From: Bigelowiella natans CCMP2755
Taxonomy: Eukaryota > Protista > Cercozoa
NCBI GenBank assembly: GCA_000320545.1
Contig: ADNK01001300.1
Span: 1-49,013, forward strand
Length of the DNA stretch: 49,013 bases
Reading direction: 5' to 3'
Shown here: positions 14,314 through 26,399 of the stretch, piece after piece
How the letters are laid out: each line of letters starts with the position of its first letter
How positions within the stretch are numbered: the stretch's first letter is position 1
Program-made: the position numbers and the translations under genes
Notes under the pieces: generated by a model
What the model was told of the DNA's origin: nothing
The model's input: the letters and a program-made list of their open reading frames with translations, nothing else
The model's database searches: none

Positions 14314-14496
14314 GCTGAACGGAAAGGTAGTGCTGCATTCGAGTGCGCTCTGCGAGGGATTTTTGCCAACAAGCATTGGCCGTTCGTGCTACACTCTGAG
14401 GCCGTTTTTGAAGAGCGACAACATCTTTGGCCTCAAGCGCGTGGTGCTGATTGGGGACTCCTAACCAGGTTTTCTGTTTGTGCAACTTCAACCACA

Positions 14497-14845
14497 TGTG
14501 TTGCAGGGCAGGCGCAGTGGCGCACGGGGCTAGCAACAAGGTGACTCTCAGTGGAGAGTTTGAATTCTTGTTTTATTAAACGATTAAATTTTGTTAGAAA
14601 TTGCGGGCACAAATATTAGTTTGTTCTAGAAGGTTTCTAGAAGGTTTCCGGGTAGTCTCCGGAAAGCTCTCGACTATTCTCGTGGTTCGAGAATACTTCC
14701 GGAACCATCGGGAAGACTAAGGTGGGTACTAACTACATTAACTATACGACATAGGTTGGGTTCCGACTGGGTCCCGATATTTTAGGTTCCGATATTAGTC
14801 TAAGGAAGGAAGGCCTACTTCGAGGTAAGCGGCCTCGACAGGACA
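14497..14845 (-). repeat. 3' LTR (TpA-rich copy)
   Basis: Aligns without gaps to 17657-18005 with 24 substitutions. Carries AATAAA on the minus strand at about 14572-14577. Confidence 0.93.
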
Positions 14846-14857
14846 ACACCTCCCCCC
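14846..14857 (-). other. Polypurine tract
   Basis: GGGGGGAGGTGT lies immediately 5' of the 3' LTR on the minus strand. Confidence 0.75.
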
Positions 14858-15193
14858 AGCTCGAAGGTAGGATCTTCCTCGTTTTTTTTCGTTTTCGCAA
14901 TTGGGGAGCGTGGTAACTTCATCGAGGGTCCTTAGTGACAATGGATGGAGAGAGAGATAGGCAGAAAAACTTGCAGAATGGAGTTCGAGAGAGAGTGAGA
15001 TAGCGAGAGATATTTTCGAATGGTCATGGAAGTTAGATGCATAAAGGAGAGAGAGTCAGAGAGAGAGAGAGAGAGAATGACTGCAAGGAATAATGCACAA
15101 TAGTCATCAGGCCTGTCTGGTGCTGTGGGCCTTGATCCCATGTAGCCTGGTTTCGGTGCGGTCGCTCTTGTCCCATTCTCCGTGTCGGGTGCC

Positions 15194-17593
15194 TTAGCCG
15201 TTTCCGACGCACTTGCCAATCCACCAGGAGAGGTACTCGCTCCTTATCTTCCTTCCCTTGTCATCTTGCCAGAAGGGTAGCTTATCCTTTGGGTCGTTCA
15301 CGTGCCATTGCACATTGTCTAGGCCGCAAGAGTCTTGGTGCCACTCATCGGAGGGAACGTCGGGCATGATGAAGGTACATGTCTTGTAGTTTCGTAGCTT
15401 GAGCTTGTCGTAGAACCTGGGCATGTTCTTTAGACCGGGACATCCAACGTAGACGTCCTTTCCTTTCCAGTCTTCGTCCGTGTTAACCACAGTGTTTTTG
15501 TAGGAGAGGTCGAAGGTCTTCACATCCCCAACTTCCTCTTCAGCCTTCGCCGCAACATCCGAGGTAATGGTGCAATCTTTCAACACTTCGTCGTTAACAG
15601 TGCAATCCTTTGACACTTTGTCGTTCTTTGATGTCTTGTCTTTCGTTAGCCTACCTTTCCCTCCCCTCAATCCGAAGGATTTGACTTGTGTGGGCTGGAC
15701 GTGGGGCATTGCTGGTTCGTCAAGCAGTCGTTTGGTACTGGCTTTGTTTCGCTGATGTTTTTGGTCGCATTGGTTTGGAGCAGTCATGCTCTTAGCAAGA
15801 GATTTAATTTCGTTTCGAGTGTGGAACTTGAGCATGTTATTGTTGTTCATCTTGCACTCGTAGTTCCTTTTGGTCAATTCAACACAATGAATGGTGTGGT
15901 CGCAGAAGTTGATGACAGCGCCTACTTGATTTAGGAAGTCGTTTCCTAGAACAACATCCATGTCTGAATCTGACACGGTGAATGTGTGTGACACTGCAGG
16001 GCATCGTCTCCCTCCTAGCTGGACTTTCAACTTGATGGCACCGATGGAGCCAAAGTTTCCAGAAACTGTTTTGTGAAGTTCGCGGTTGATGTTCACCCCT
16101 TGTTGTGATCCCAAATTCTGGAGTGTTTGTGGTGAAACATGCGATTTTGGGAAGGCTCCTGAGTCCCAGAGAGCGTCAGTTGGCGTCATTTCGTCATTTC
16201 TGTTCGCGATGTTCACCCGAGACATCGCGATGTGACTGTCAATGTCATGGGCCGGGAGTTGGGCTGGGCTTTGAGGTTTGATGTGGTGCAAACCTGCCAA
16301 TTCTTCAAGTGCAATGTCTGAATGACCGTCGTTGTCATTGTCCTTCTTGTCCGTGTTTGTCGATGTGTTTTCGTTCTGTGCCAAGATTTGATTCACAACG
16401 TTTTGCATTTGTTGCAGTGAGCATTTCTTCGTTCCATCGCCGTGTGGCGTGGTCCCTTTTCCTCTTCTGCGGTTGCTTTCGAATTGCAACCTGTCCTTGA
16501 GGGTGGTTCTTGGCCTGTTGGCAAGGCGGCTTCTGCATTCCTGGGCCTTGTGCCCGATGGCACAACAATGCCCACACCGTCTGTTTCCCTTCTTGTCGGT
16601 GAAGTCTTTGGTGTGGACCACGTTTGGCTTTGGCAATGTTTGCTGAGTTGGGTCGTGTCGGCGCATCGTTTCTCTGGTCGCCAAGTCATTGACGATCTGG
16701 TCGATTGTTGTCAAATGGGGCCGGTCCAAAGTCAATTTAGCTGCGTCGATGCATGCACTCCTGAACTTCAAAAATCTTGAGTCATCATCGCCAGTGTTGA
16801 ATCCTTGTCGATCCAAGTCGTTCACCAAGTTGTCGAACCTCGTCCTGAATGCCAAAATGGACTCTCTGTTGTTTTGCCTGAGCGAATTCCATTTGGTGAT
16901 GAGCGTGTTGAGTGTGCCATTGTCGAATGCTGCCACAAATGCTGCTTTGAGCGTGTCGAACGAGAGGTTGTTTTGCTTTTCCAGCTTGCGCTGCAAGTTC
17001 ATGAACACGCCGAGGAGGTTCTCGTTCGGAAAGCAGTTGCTTTCCAGCACCGAGATCCAGCTGTCTTTTTCGTGCTGGCTGGGATTGGGCGCCATTCGGG
17101 TGAGTGAGCGTTCGATGTCTTCGAACCAACGTGCAGCTGTGCCGGGCGCACCGTGAAACTTTTCCAATTTGATTGAGACCCTTGAAGTTTGAGCAATTTT
17201 GCGTTGTTGAGCCGGAGCTTGTTGTGCTTGAGCATGCGATTTGACATCGCTGTCCGCTGGTGCCGGTGCTCTCGCCCCCGCGCGGCGAGTTGACGCGGCG
17301 TTGAAGAGGTCGTTCCATCCAGTGAGGTTCTCGTCGTTGCGAGTTCTCTGTTGCTCCTTGACTTCGAGCGTCCTTTCGTCGACGATGGTTGCACGCAGGG
17401 CTTCCCAAACCTCTGCTCCTTCGTCCGTGGTGATCCTCCTTTGGATTTTTGCAAACCAGAGCCTGGAGGGCTTCTTCTTTGAAAAGGCTTGAGCCAGCTT
17501 GTTCTGGACCAAAGGGTCGGAAGTGTCCTCTTCCTCAGAGAACTTGTTGATTGCTTCAATGAGCTGGTCGATCGGGGTTTTCCGCTGGGACAT
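15194..17593 (-). CDS. gag: Gag-protease polyprotein (799 aa) with a possible degenerate N6-adenine methyltransferase-like C-terminal domain
   Basis: Retrotransposon-gag-like region (KLEKFHG...W; LRQNNRESILAFRTRF), zinc knuckle CGHCCAIGHKAQEC, and aspartic protease ALWDSGA...VVLGNDFL. No YxDD RT, RNase H or integrase motifs. Confidence 0.88.
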   Translation of the reverse strand: MSQRKTPIDQLIEAINKFSEEEDTSDPLVQNKLAQAFSKKKPSRLWFAKIQRRITTDEGAEVWEALRATIVDERTLEVKEQQRTRNDENLTGWNDLFNAASTRRAGARAPAPADSDVKSHAQAQQAPAQQRKIAQTSRVSIKLEKFHGAPGTAARWFEDIERSLTRMAPNPSQHEKDSWISVLESNCFPNENLLGVFMNLQRKLEKQNNLSFDTLKAAFVAAFDNGTLNTLITKWNSLRQNNRESILAFRTRFDNLVNDLDRQGFNTGDDDSRFLKFRSACIDAAKLTLDRPHLTTIDQIVNDLATRETMRRHDPTQQTLPKPNVVHTKDFTDKKGNRRCGHCCAIGHKAQECRSRLANRPRTTLKDRLQFESNRRRGKGTTPHGDGTKKCSLQQMQNVVNQILAQNENTSTNTDKKDNDNDGHSDIALEELAGLHHIKPQSPAQLPAHDIDSHIAMSRVNIANRNDEMTPTDALWDSGAFPKSHVSPQTLQNLGSQQGVNINRELHKTVSGNFGSIGAIKLKVQLGGRRCPAVSHTFTVSDSDMDVVLGNDFLNQVGAVINFCDHTIHCVELTKRNYECKMNNNNMLKFHTRNEIKSLAKSMTAPNQCDQKHQRNKASTKRLLDEPAMPHVQPTQVKSFGLRGGKGRLTKDKTSKNDKVSKDCTVNDEVLKDCTITSDVAAKAEEEVGDVKTFDLSYKNTVVNTDEDWKGKDVYVGCPGLKNMPRFYDKLKLRNYKTCTFIMPDVPSDEWHQDSCGLDNVQWHVNDPKDKLPFWQDDKGRKIRSEYLSWWIGKCVGNG

Positions 17594-17635
17594 GCTTGCA
17601 GTGTGCTGCTGGGGTCGTTTGGGTCAGTTGTTGAT

Positions 17636-17653
17636 TTCCGTGAGTGGAAGCCA
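17636..17653 (-). other. Primer-binding site
   Basis: TGGCTTCCACTCACGGAA begins 3 nt after the 5' LTR on the minus strand. Its complement ends ...GGAAG-CCA like a tRNA 3' end. The tRNA identity was not determined. Confidence 0.7.
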
Positions 17654-17656
17654 GTT

Positions 17657-18005
17657 TGTGTTGCAGGGCAGGCGCAGTGGCGCACGGGGCTAGCAACAAG
17701 GTGACTCTCAGTGGAGAGTTTGAATTCTTGTTTCATCAAACGATTGAATTTTGTCAGAAATTGCGGGCACAAACATCAGTTTGTTCTGGAAGGTTTCTGG
17801 AAGGTTTCCGGGTGGTCTCCGGAAAGCTCTCGACCATTCTCGTGGTTCGAGAACACTTCCGGAACCATCGGGAAGACTGAGGTGGGTGCTGACTACATTG
17901 ACTACACGACATGGGTTGGGTTCCGACTGGGTCCCGACATTTTGGGTTCCGATGTTGGTCTGAGGAAGGAAGGCCTGCTTCGAGGTGAGCGGCCTCGACA
18001 GGACA
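17657..18005 (-). repeat. 5' LTR (TpA-poor copy)
   Basis: Aligns without gaps to 14497-14845. Only three TpA remain (GCTAG and two GACTAC). Confidence 0.93.
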
Positions 18006-18017
18006 CACACACGCGCG

Positions 18018-18086
<69 letters not shown>

Positions 18087-19026
18087 CACTCACATCACAT
18101 CACTCACATCACATCACACACTCATTGCTGCACGGCCGCACTTGGTGTGCGTTGTCCACTCCGAATGCCAAGTGGACCAGTCTGGTGGTGCCAGAGTGGA
18201 GGGCTGGAGGGGCACAGCCAGACGATTGGTTGCATTGCACATTGTCCACATCGCGCGAGGTGTTGCCACAACAACGTTGCTGGCTCCAGGGCTGTTTGGC
18301 TGCCTGGTTGTGTCCACGATGGCGCAGGCAGTGGCTGGACAATTGTGTGTGCACGTTGCTAGTCTTTCGGGAAAATGAGTGTGCATTGTCATGTTCGGAC
18401 ACAGCTAGCTAGCTAGACAGCAATGAAGCCTGATCCTTGTGATCTTGACGGCTAGGCGGTGTCGCTCAAACGATCACACGTCGTTCAATGCAACCTAGCA
18501 ACTCCAGAACGTCTGGCGTGCGTAGCCTCAAACTTGTGTCTCAGCTGAACACATCAGCCCCCGTGCTAGCAGTCTAGCAGTGCTAGCCGTCAGCAGTGCA
18601 CGCCATGCTTTCCTAGCCTAGTAGCATCTTGCACGCCTCACAAGCTAGCAAGCTAGCAAGGGAGATGTGTAGCCTCACTCTAGCACACTCCTGGCGTCGT
18701 TTTGATGGTGGACCGTGCGTCCTTGTTTCGCTAGTTCTCGCTGTTTCAAGTGCCATGAAATAAAGAATTTTTTGCAGCAGATCTTGCCGCGATCACTGAG
18801 CATTGCACCAAAGGTTCTACAGCATCTTGCTCAACTTTCAGATTCCGTATGTGCGTACACATGTGTGGATGCATCTAGCAGTCAAAGGACGAATTAATTT
18901 ACCTCGGTGTGGGAACTAGATGACCATGAAACTGTACTCAATGCGAATTCTCTTTCGTTTTATACACGTTTACATGTAAACTAGGTCGCGCCTGTACGCG
19001 ATATTGATCATTGAAATCATTGATAT

Positions 19027-21560
<2,534 letters not shown>

Positions 21561-22422
21561 TGGCTGATTCCTGTAGATCGTAGTAGCCAAGGCGTCTTCG
21601 ATTCCGACGAAGGCTTATAAAACACGGTAGTCCACTACGCAAAAGAGGGGGCGGGTAAATTTGAGAGGAGAAAATTGCTCGTTCGCGTTTTTTCTTCTGC
21701 GTGAGCTTTCCAATTGTTCAAGCTTACTACCCCACAAGAGCGAAAGCAATATCATAAAAACTAATGTCATTGTTACAGTGCGACAATCCTTTTCTCTGCC
21801 CTTCTTGTCCACGGACCGAGATATCAAGCAACGGCATGGATTGTTGAATCTGAAATCTAATGAGCACGGGCTTCCCCAGATCATTCATGTCCATTTCTTT
21901 TTTGGGTGCGACAGAAACTACATCATGTCGCACTGGGAATCCGCATATGAACCTTTTTTTGGTACAAATCGACCGCACGTGCAGCAAGCCATCTGTCAGA
22001 AAAAAGCTTGCGAGCTCCGGTAGAGAAAGGGACAGCGGCAGTCTGCACTATTGATCGTAATTATTTGCGATTTATTTTTAAAGACATCAATTATTTACGC
22101 TTTCACCGAAAAACGGCCAAGCATCGTGCGACCTCCCGCCAGCACAAAAATAAAAATGTTACCGTTTCCGTTGTGTTGTGCCCCTGTGTTCTATGGTGCA
22201 GCACATAGCATTTTGCTATTGTCTTTCGCATTGGTTGTGGCTGTTGATTTTCTTTGACCGACTTACTCTACTGGTAAAATTGGAGGAGATAACCCGTTTG
22301 AAAGATCACCAATTTTGCTCATGTGAACTAATATGCTCCGGACACGAGCACGCGCGTGGGTGGGTGGGGCAAAAAACTTTGGTGCAAAAGTTCATTCTGC
22401 TGCGAAGGCATAGAATCCAACG

Positions 22423-24936
22423 ATGCAGCGATTGATCCTGCTTGCCTGCATCGCCACGTTATGCCTCGCAGACATTTACATGCACTGTCCTGTGGTATAC
22501 GAGTAGAGAATACGACTAACTTTGAGTATGTTGTTAGCGTCATCCTCTTCAATGTTCCACGGTTATGTTTTTTTAAAATTTAGGGATCCAATAACAGGAA
22601 TAGAGAGAGGAATGAAAATCGAGCGAATGCTAATCGCCTATTCGACTCTCAAAACAATGGGAAAGGAGGATATCCCTACCGAGGAGATCCTAGCATTCGT
22701 GCAAATCCTGACCCGTTAACTTATTATTCTCAGTCGACACTTCGTATTGAGTGGACAAATCAGGTATGATTTTTTAAAATTAAATAAATTTAAGTTTTGT
22801 TCACAACTGTGCTTATCAATTAGCACGGGTGTGGTCCAGATTCCAACGTACACTGCCAACTTGTCATTCAATACGCGTGTGATGATACTCTAGAAGGTCT
22901 CCGTGACGGATATCCAAATGGCGAGACATGTTATGACTCTAGTCAAAATAACCAAAACAATATTGTTCCATGCAACGATAACACTACATGGACAGCCCGA
23001 ACATTTGTAGAAAACAATGGCCAAGGAACGAATACAATTCCTAATCCAAACCGTAACGAAGATCCAGCAGAACTAACAAGACTTTATATTAATGGGGAAG
23101 ACGATTATGTGGAATACGGTCTACACGAAAGTCCATTTGATTACATCGAATGCCAAGAGACACAGAGAAACATGGGTCTCTACACATCCGATCAAGATCT
23201 TAATGGGGACAGTGCAAGGTATACACGCCAGAACCCCAATGGGGCACGTCGTGGCCTTGAATGCCCTGAGGAACGTGACTATTATCCATACTGGCGCCCG
23301 AACCCATGGAAGGATATTGCAATTCTGGCATCCAATACAAGCCACTGTCCATTCTTTCAGTCCCAATCCCACAATGTTAGGTCGTATGGGAGATGTAATT
23401 GCATCAACCCAAGCCCTGGCAATCCATGTCCCATCAATCAGAACCAATGTAATGCCCAAGGATTTAATTGGGAAATTATTCCTTCCCACGGGATCCCAGC
23501 ACCAGATTGCCTTTATCATCCTTTTAATAGAGACAATCATCTCGGAAACGCTATTCCAGTAAATGAGGACGGGGTACCATTTCAAGAAGGCTCCCAGCCT
23601 GAAAATCCGTTCTACGATTGGGTTATTCCGAACGACTTAATTGGACGCCAATGCATAGTACGTATTCGCTACAATATGTCAACGGGGGACTATGATTCTC
23701 AAGCATTCGCAGATGAGTCTAATGCTGCATGCAACAACGTTCCAGTGAGTAACGGGCTAACGCAGGATCTCGAATCTTGTGGTCAAGGCGTTGGATTGAA
23801 CAACGGCGGGAACTGTCCCTTTATTACAGTCAGCACAGACTGTATGAATGAACAGGATGGAAACCCTGACTGTTTCAATTTTGTTAATGGAGCCCCTCCA
23901 CCAGGAGCAAAATCAACATGCTACAACGAACTTACTCCGTTTACTGTTCCACTGTACAACCGTCCATACATCAATCTATTCGATCGGTAAGTTTGTTCAT
24001 ATTGGTTATTATCTCTTCCATCAGGCTGACTTCAAATTTACCGTTTTAGGCCACTAACTGCTCAAAATGGATTACCGCCACAGGGATTTCGCCTCGGACT
24101 TGCGATTAATACTCACCAAACTGGACGCACTTTCCAGGATCGTAGCTACGTGTTCCAAGTTGCACAAGCCCCTATTGATGCAAAGATTTACAATCTTCAA
24201 CTCCGGGGGAGACGTGGAAACATTGTGCAGGTGATGTGATCATTTAGACTATCATATGCAAATAGATACCTTACGATATTTGCTTTTTTTGCAGGCTTAT
24301 CCATCTGTGGAATACGACTGGTGTCCTTCGGTTCTTGAGTGCGAGCAGGGTGCGTACATCCACCTGCAAGTCCATGGCTCAGATTTCAACGCGGCAAGAA
24401 ACGCGAACAATGGTGAGGGATGGCAGTACTCTGATAGATCCAATATGGTGGAAATGGATGCAAGACAGTGGAACTACCCCCTTCATCATTTAAACTTGCG
24501 ATTTTTTTCCGAAGCTGAAGCTGTATTCTGGGCTTGGGTTGGACAAGACCCTGCTCGATGTGATACTACAATTGAGGATGATGGGAACAACAATCAGAAC
24601 TCCTACACGAACTGTGGTAAGTTGAATCAGGCTCCAAATAGGTTCCCTCAAAATCCAGCAGACGGCCTCATATCATGCGACCGTCCTTTAGGAAGCTACT
24701 TTTTCATGAGCACTCGCAACAACAACTTTTCAAACCGCTCACAAAAATCCCAGATTGTTATTACTGAGGGTAGCTCTGAGGATGGATTAAGCGTTGGGGC
24801 AATTGTGGCTATTTCCTTTGCTGTCGTATTCTTCGTTGGTATGGTTGGAGCTGGAGTTGCAATCTACATGAAAAAGAAACAAAAGGGTTGCTTTGCTCCA
24901 AAGGAGGGAGCTTACGCTCATGATGATGAGCTCTGA
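22423..24936 (+). CDS. DD3-3-like type I membrane protein (signal peptide, large Cys/Asn-rich ectodomain, C-terminal TM)
   Basis: [23 protein letters not shown]|GSNNR...RLFDSQNN; EWTNQ|HGCG; [25 protein letters not shown]; [11 protein letters not shown]; RGRRGNIVQ|AYPSVEYD; [13 protein letters not shown]; [25 protein letters not shown]. These motifs match the Dictyostelium DD3-3 family from memory. Confidence 0.88.
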
Positions 24937-25059
24937 CTGCAGGGGAATCTCAAAAAAGCTAAGATTACGTCATCTTAGCTTCAACACCGCGACGACACAC
25001 TTTGCACACGCAGCATGGCAAAACACATGCGTACAAATTGCAACGCTAGACTTGACAAT

Positions 25060-25745
25060 GACACTGGGACATGTCGTACTAAGCAAATTTGGTACTAGTA
25101 AGAATGGTCATTTTTTTTTAAATCATTTCCATCGAGTTGCACGCAACATGAAAAGTGGCGTCGCTGAGTGCTCTAGTGCTGTGTCATCTTAGCACTGTGG
25201 CACTTTGCCCAGTCGCACAAGGTCACACGCTCCTTTCACAATGCAATGCGGACAAATCATGCCACATGAGGATGCCTATTGAACAAATCTAATTGATTGA
25301 TTACATCCTTGTCTTCCAACCCATGCCAAACCACCAGAATGATGACTTTCTACCCTGCTAGCCAGCGTAAATCTGCTCTAGCTAGCTAGCTAATGCTGTC
25401 TAACTACGAAGCAGGTCTAGACGTAGAAATGCACTCGTAGAGATCAGAGATGCGAAAGCGTCAAGCCATGCTAGCATGTCTAGATGTGATCATGCCGGAT
25501 TCAATTTGTCAGTACTAGCTAGCTAGCTAGCTAGAGTAGCTAGGTAGATTTGTACTTTCAATTTGTCAGTAGATTCGTACTCACTCTAGTTGCTACCGTA
25601 CACCACTAGACCATCACATCGATAGCGCTAGCTAGACGCGTATTGTGAGAGATCTAGAGATGTCTCAGTGTGATTAACTGCTGCTTCGAGCGGTGTTTAG
25701 CTAATTACATAGTACTTGACTGCAATGGATTGGAAGGAGGCTAGC
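25060..25745. repeat. CTAG-rich intergenic tract between convergent genes
   Basis: (CTAG)n runs at about 25378 and 25515, and more than 20 CTAG in total by eye. Confidence 0.85.
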
Positions 25746-26356
25746 GCTTGTGGTTCTTATTCTTACCACCACCATTCCTCCCCTTTCTCCGTTTATTTCC
25801 GCGTCGCCGCTTGAGAGAGGGCTTCGAGGCCTAATGAGGGAGACATTTATAACTTTTCACAAACATGGTGCGCAAGAATGTAGGGGTGCTGGTTTCTACC
25901 TGTATTTCCAGGAACTTCGCCTTGATGTACCCTCTCGTTCCATGGCTGGTAGTAATTTGAAGGGTGGGGAGAGGGTTCCAGTTTAGAAGTCATAAAGTGA
26001 GGGAGTAAGTGATGCTAGTTTGTGTCTTGTATGTATCAAGCGAGAGAGAGAGAAGATGATGATTGACAATGATAATGATGGCAAGAAAGAAGATATTGAC
26101 CGCAAAACTCATAGTTTTATTCAGGAAACAAGATCAGAAGCCAATTCTCATTTAATGCTAGTATATTTCGCAAATATATGAATAATCTTCTTCTTATTAA
26201 TCTTCTTCTTCTTCATCTTCTTCTTCGATTTTCCCGTACTCGTTGAGAACGGCTTCGAGATGAGAACGCTTAGCTTCCTTCTTGGTGGACCGATCGATGT
26301 ACCTGCATAATCACCATTAGAAAGTCAAACAAAAATAATACTACATAATTTGTGCA

Positions 26357-26399
<43 letters not shown>

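Larger units (their letters stand above)
14497..18005 (-). mobile_element. LTR retrotransposon, about 3.5 kb, non-autonomous (gag-protease only; Ty3/Gypsy-like protease)
   Basis: Two 349-bp direct repeats with TG...CA termini, PBS-like and PPT sequences at the expected positions, and an internal ORF with a CCHC knuckle and DSG protease. Possible 4-bp TSD CACA (14493-14496 / 18006-18009), weak because it lies in CA-repeat context. Confidence 0.93.

Noticed and set aside
14497-18005. CpG methylation-deamination as the cause of LTR divergence
   Set aside because: None of the 24 differences is CG versus TG/CA, and CpGs are retained in both copies.
16309-18412. Many long overlapping and antisense ORFs (e.g. 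16785-17408, 16999-17772, 17711-18412)
   Set aside because: These are expected by-products of TpA loss, which removes TAA/TAG stops in all frames. They have no protein-like motifs.
24910-24936. C-terminal HDDEL of DD3-3 as an ER-retention signal
   Set aside because: It follows the TM segment and would be cytosolic, where KDEL-type receptors do not act.
26190-26260. Fcf2 ending at EEEDEEEED* (26197)
   Set aside because: A GT donor after AVLN and two further exons (YIKAKFLEIQ; basic tail) complete the Fcf2 pattern better.
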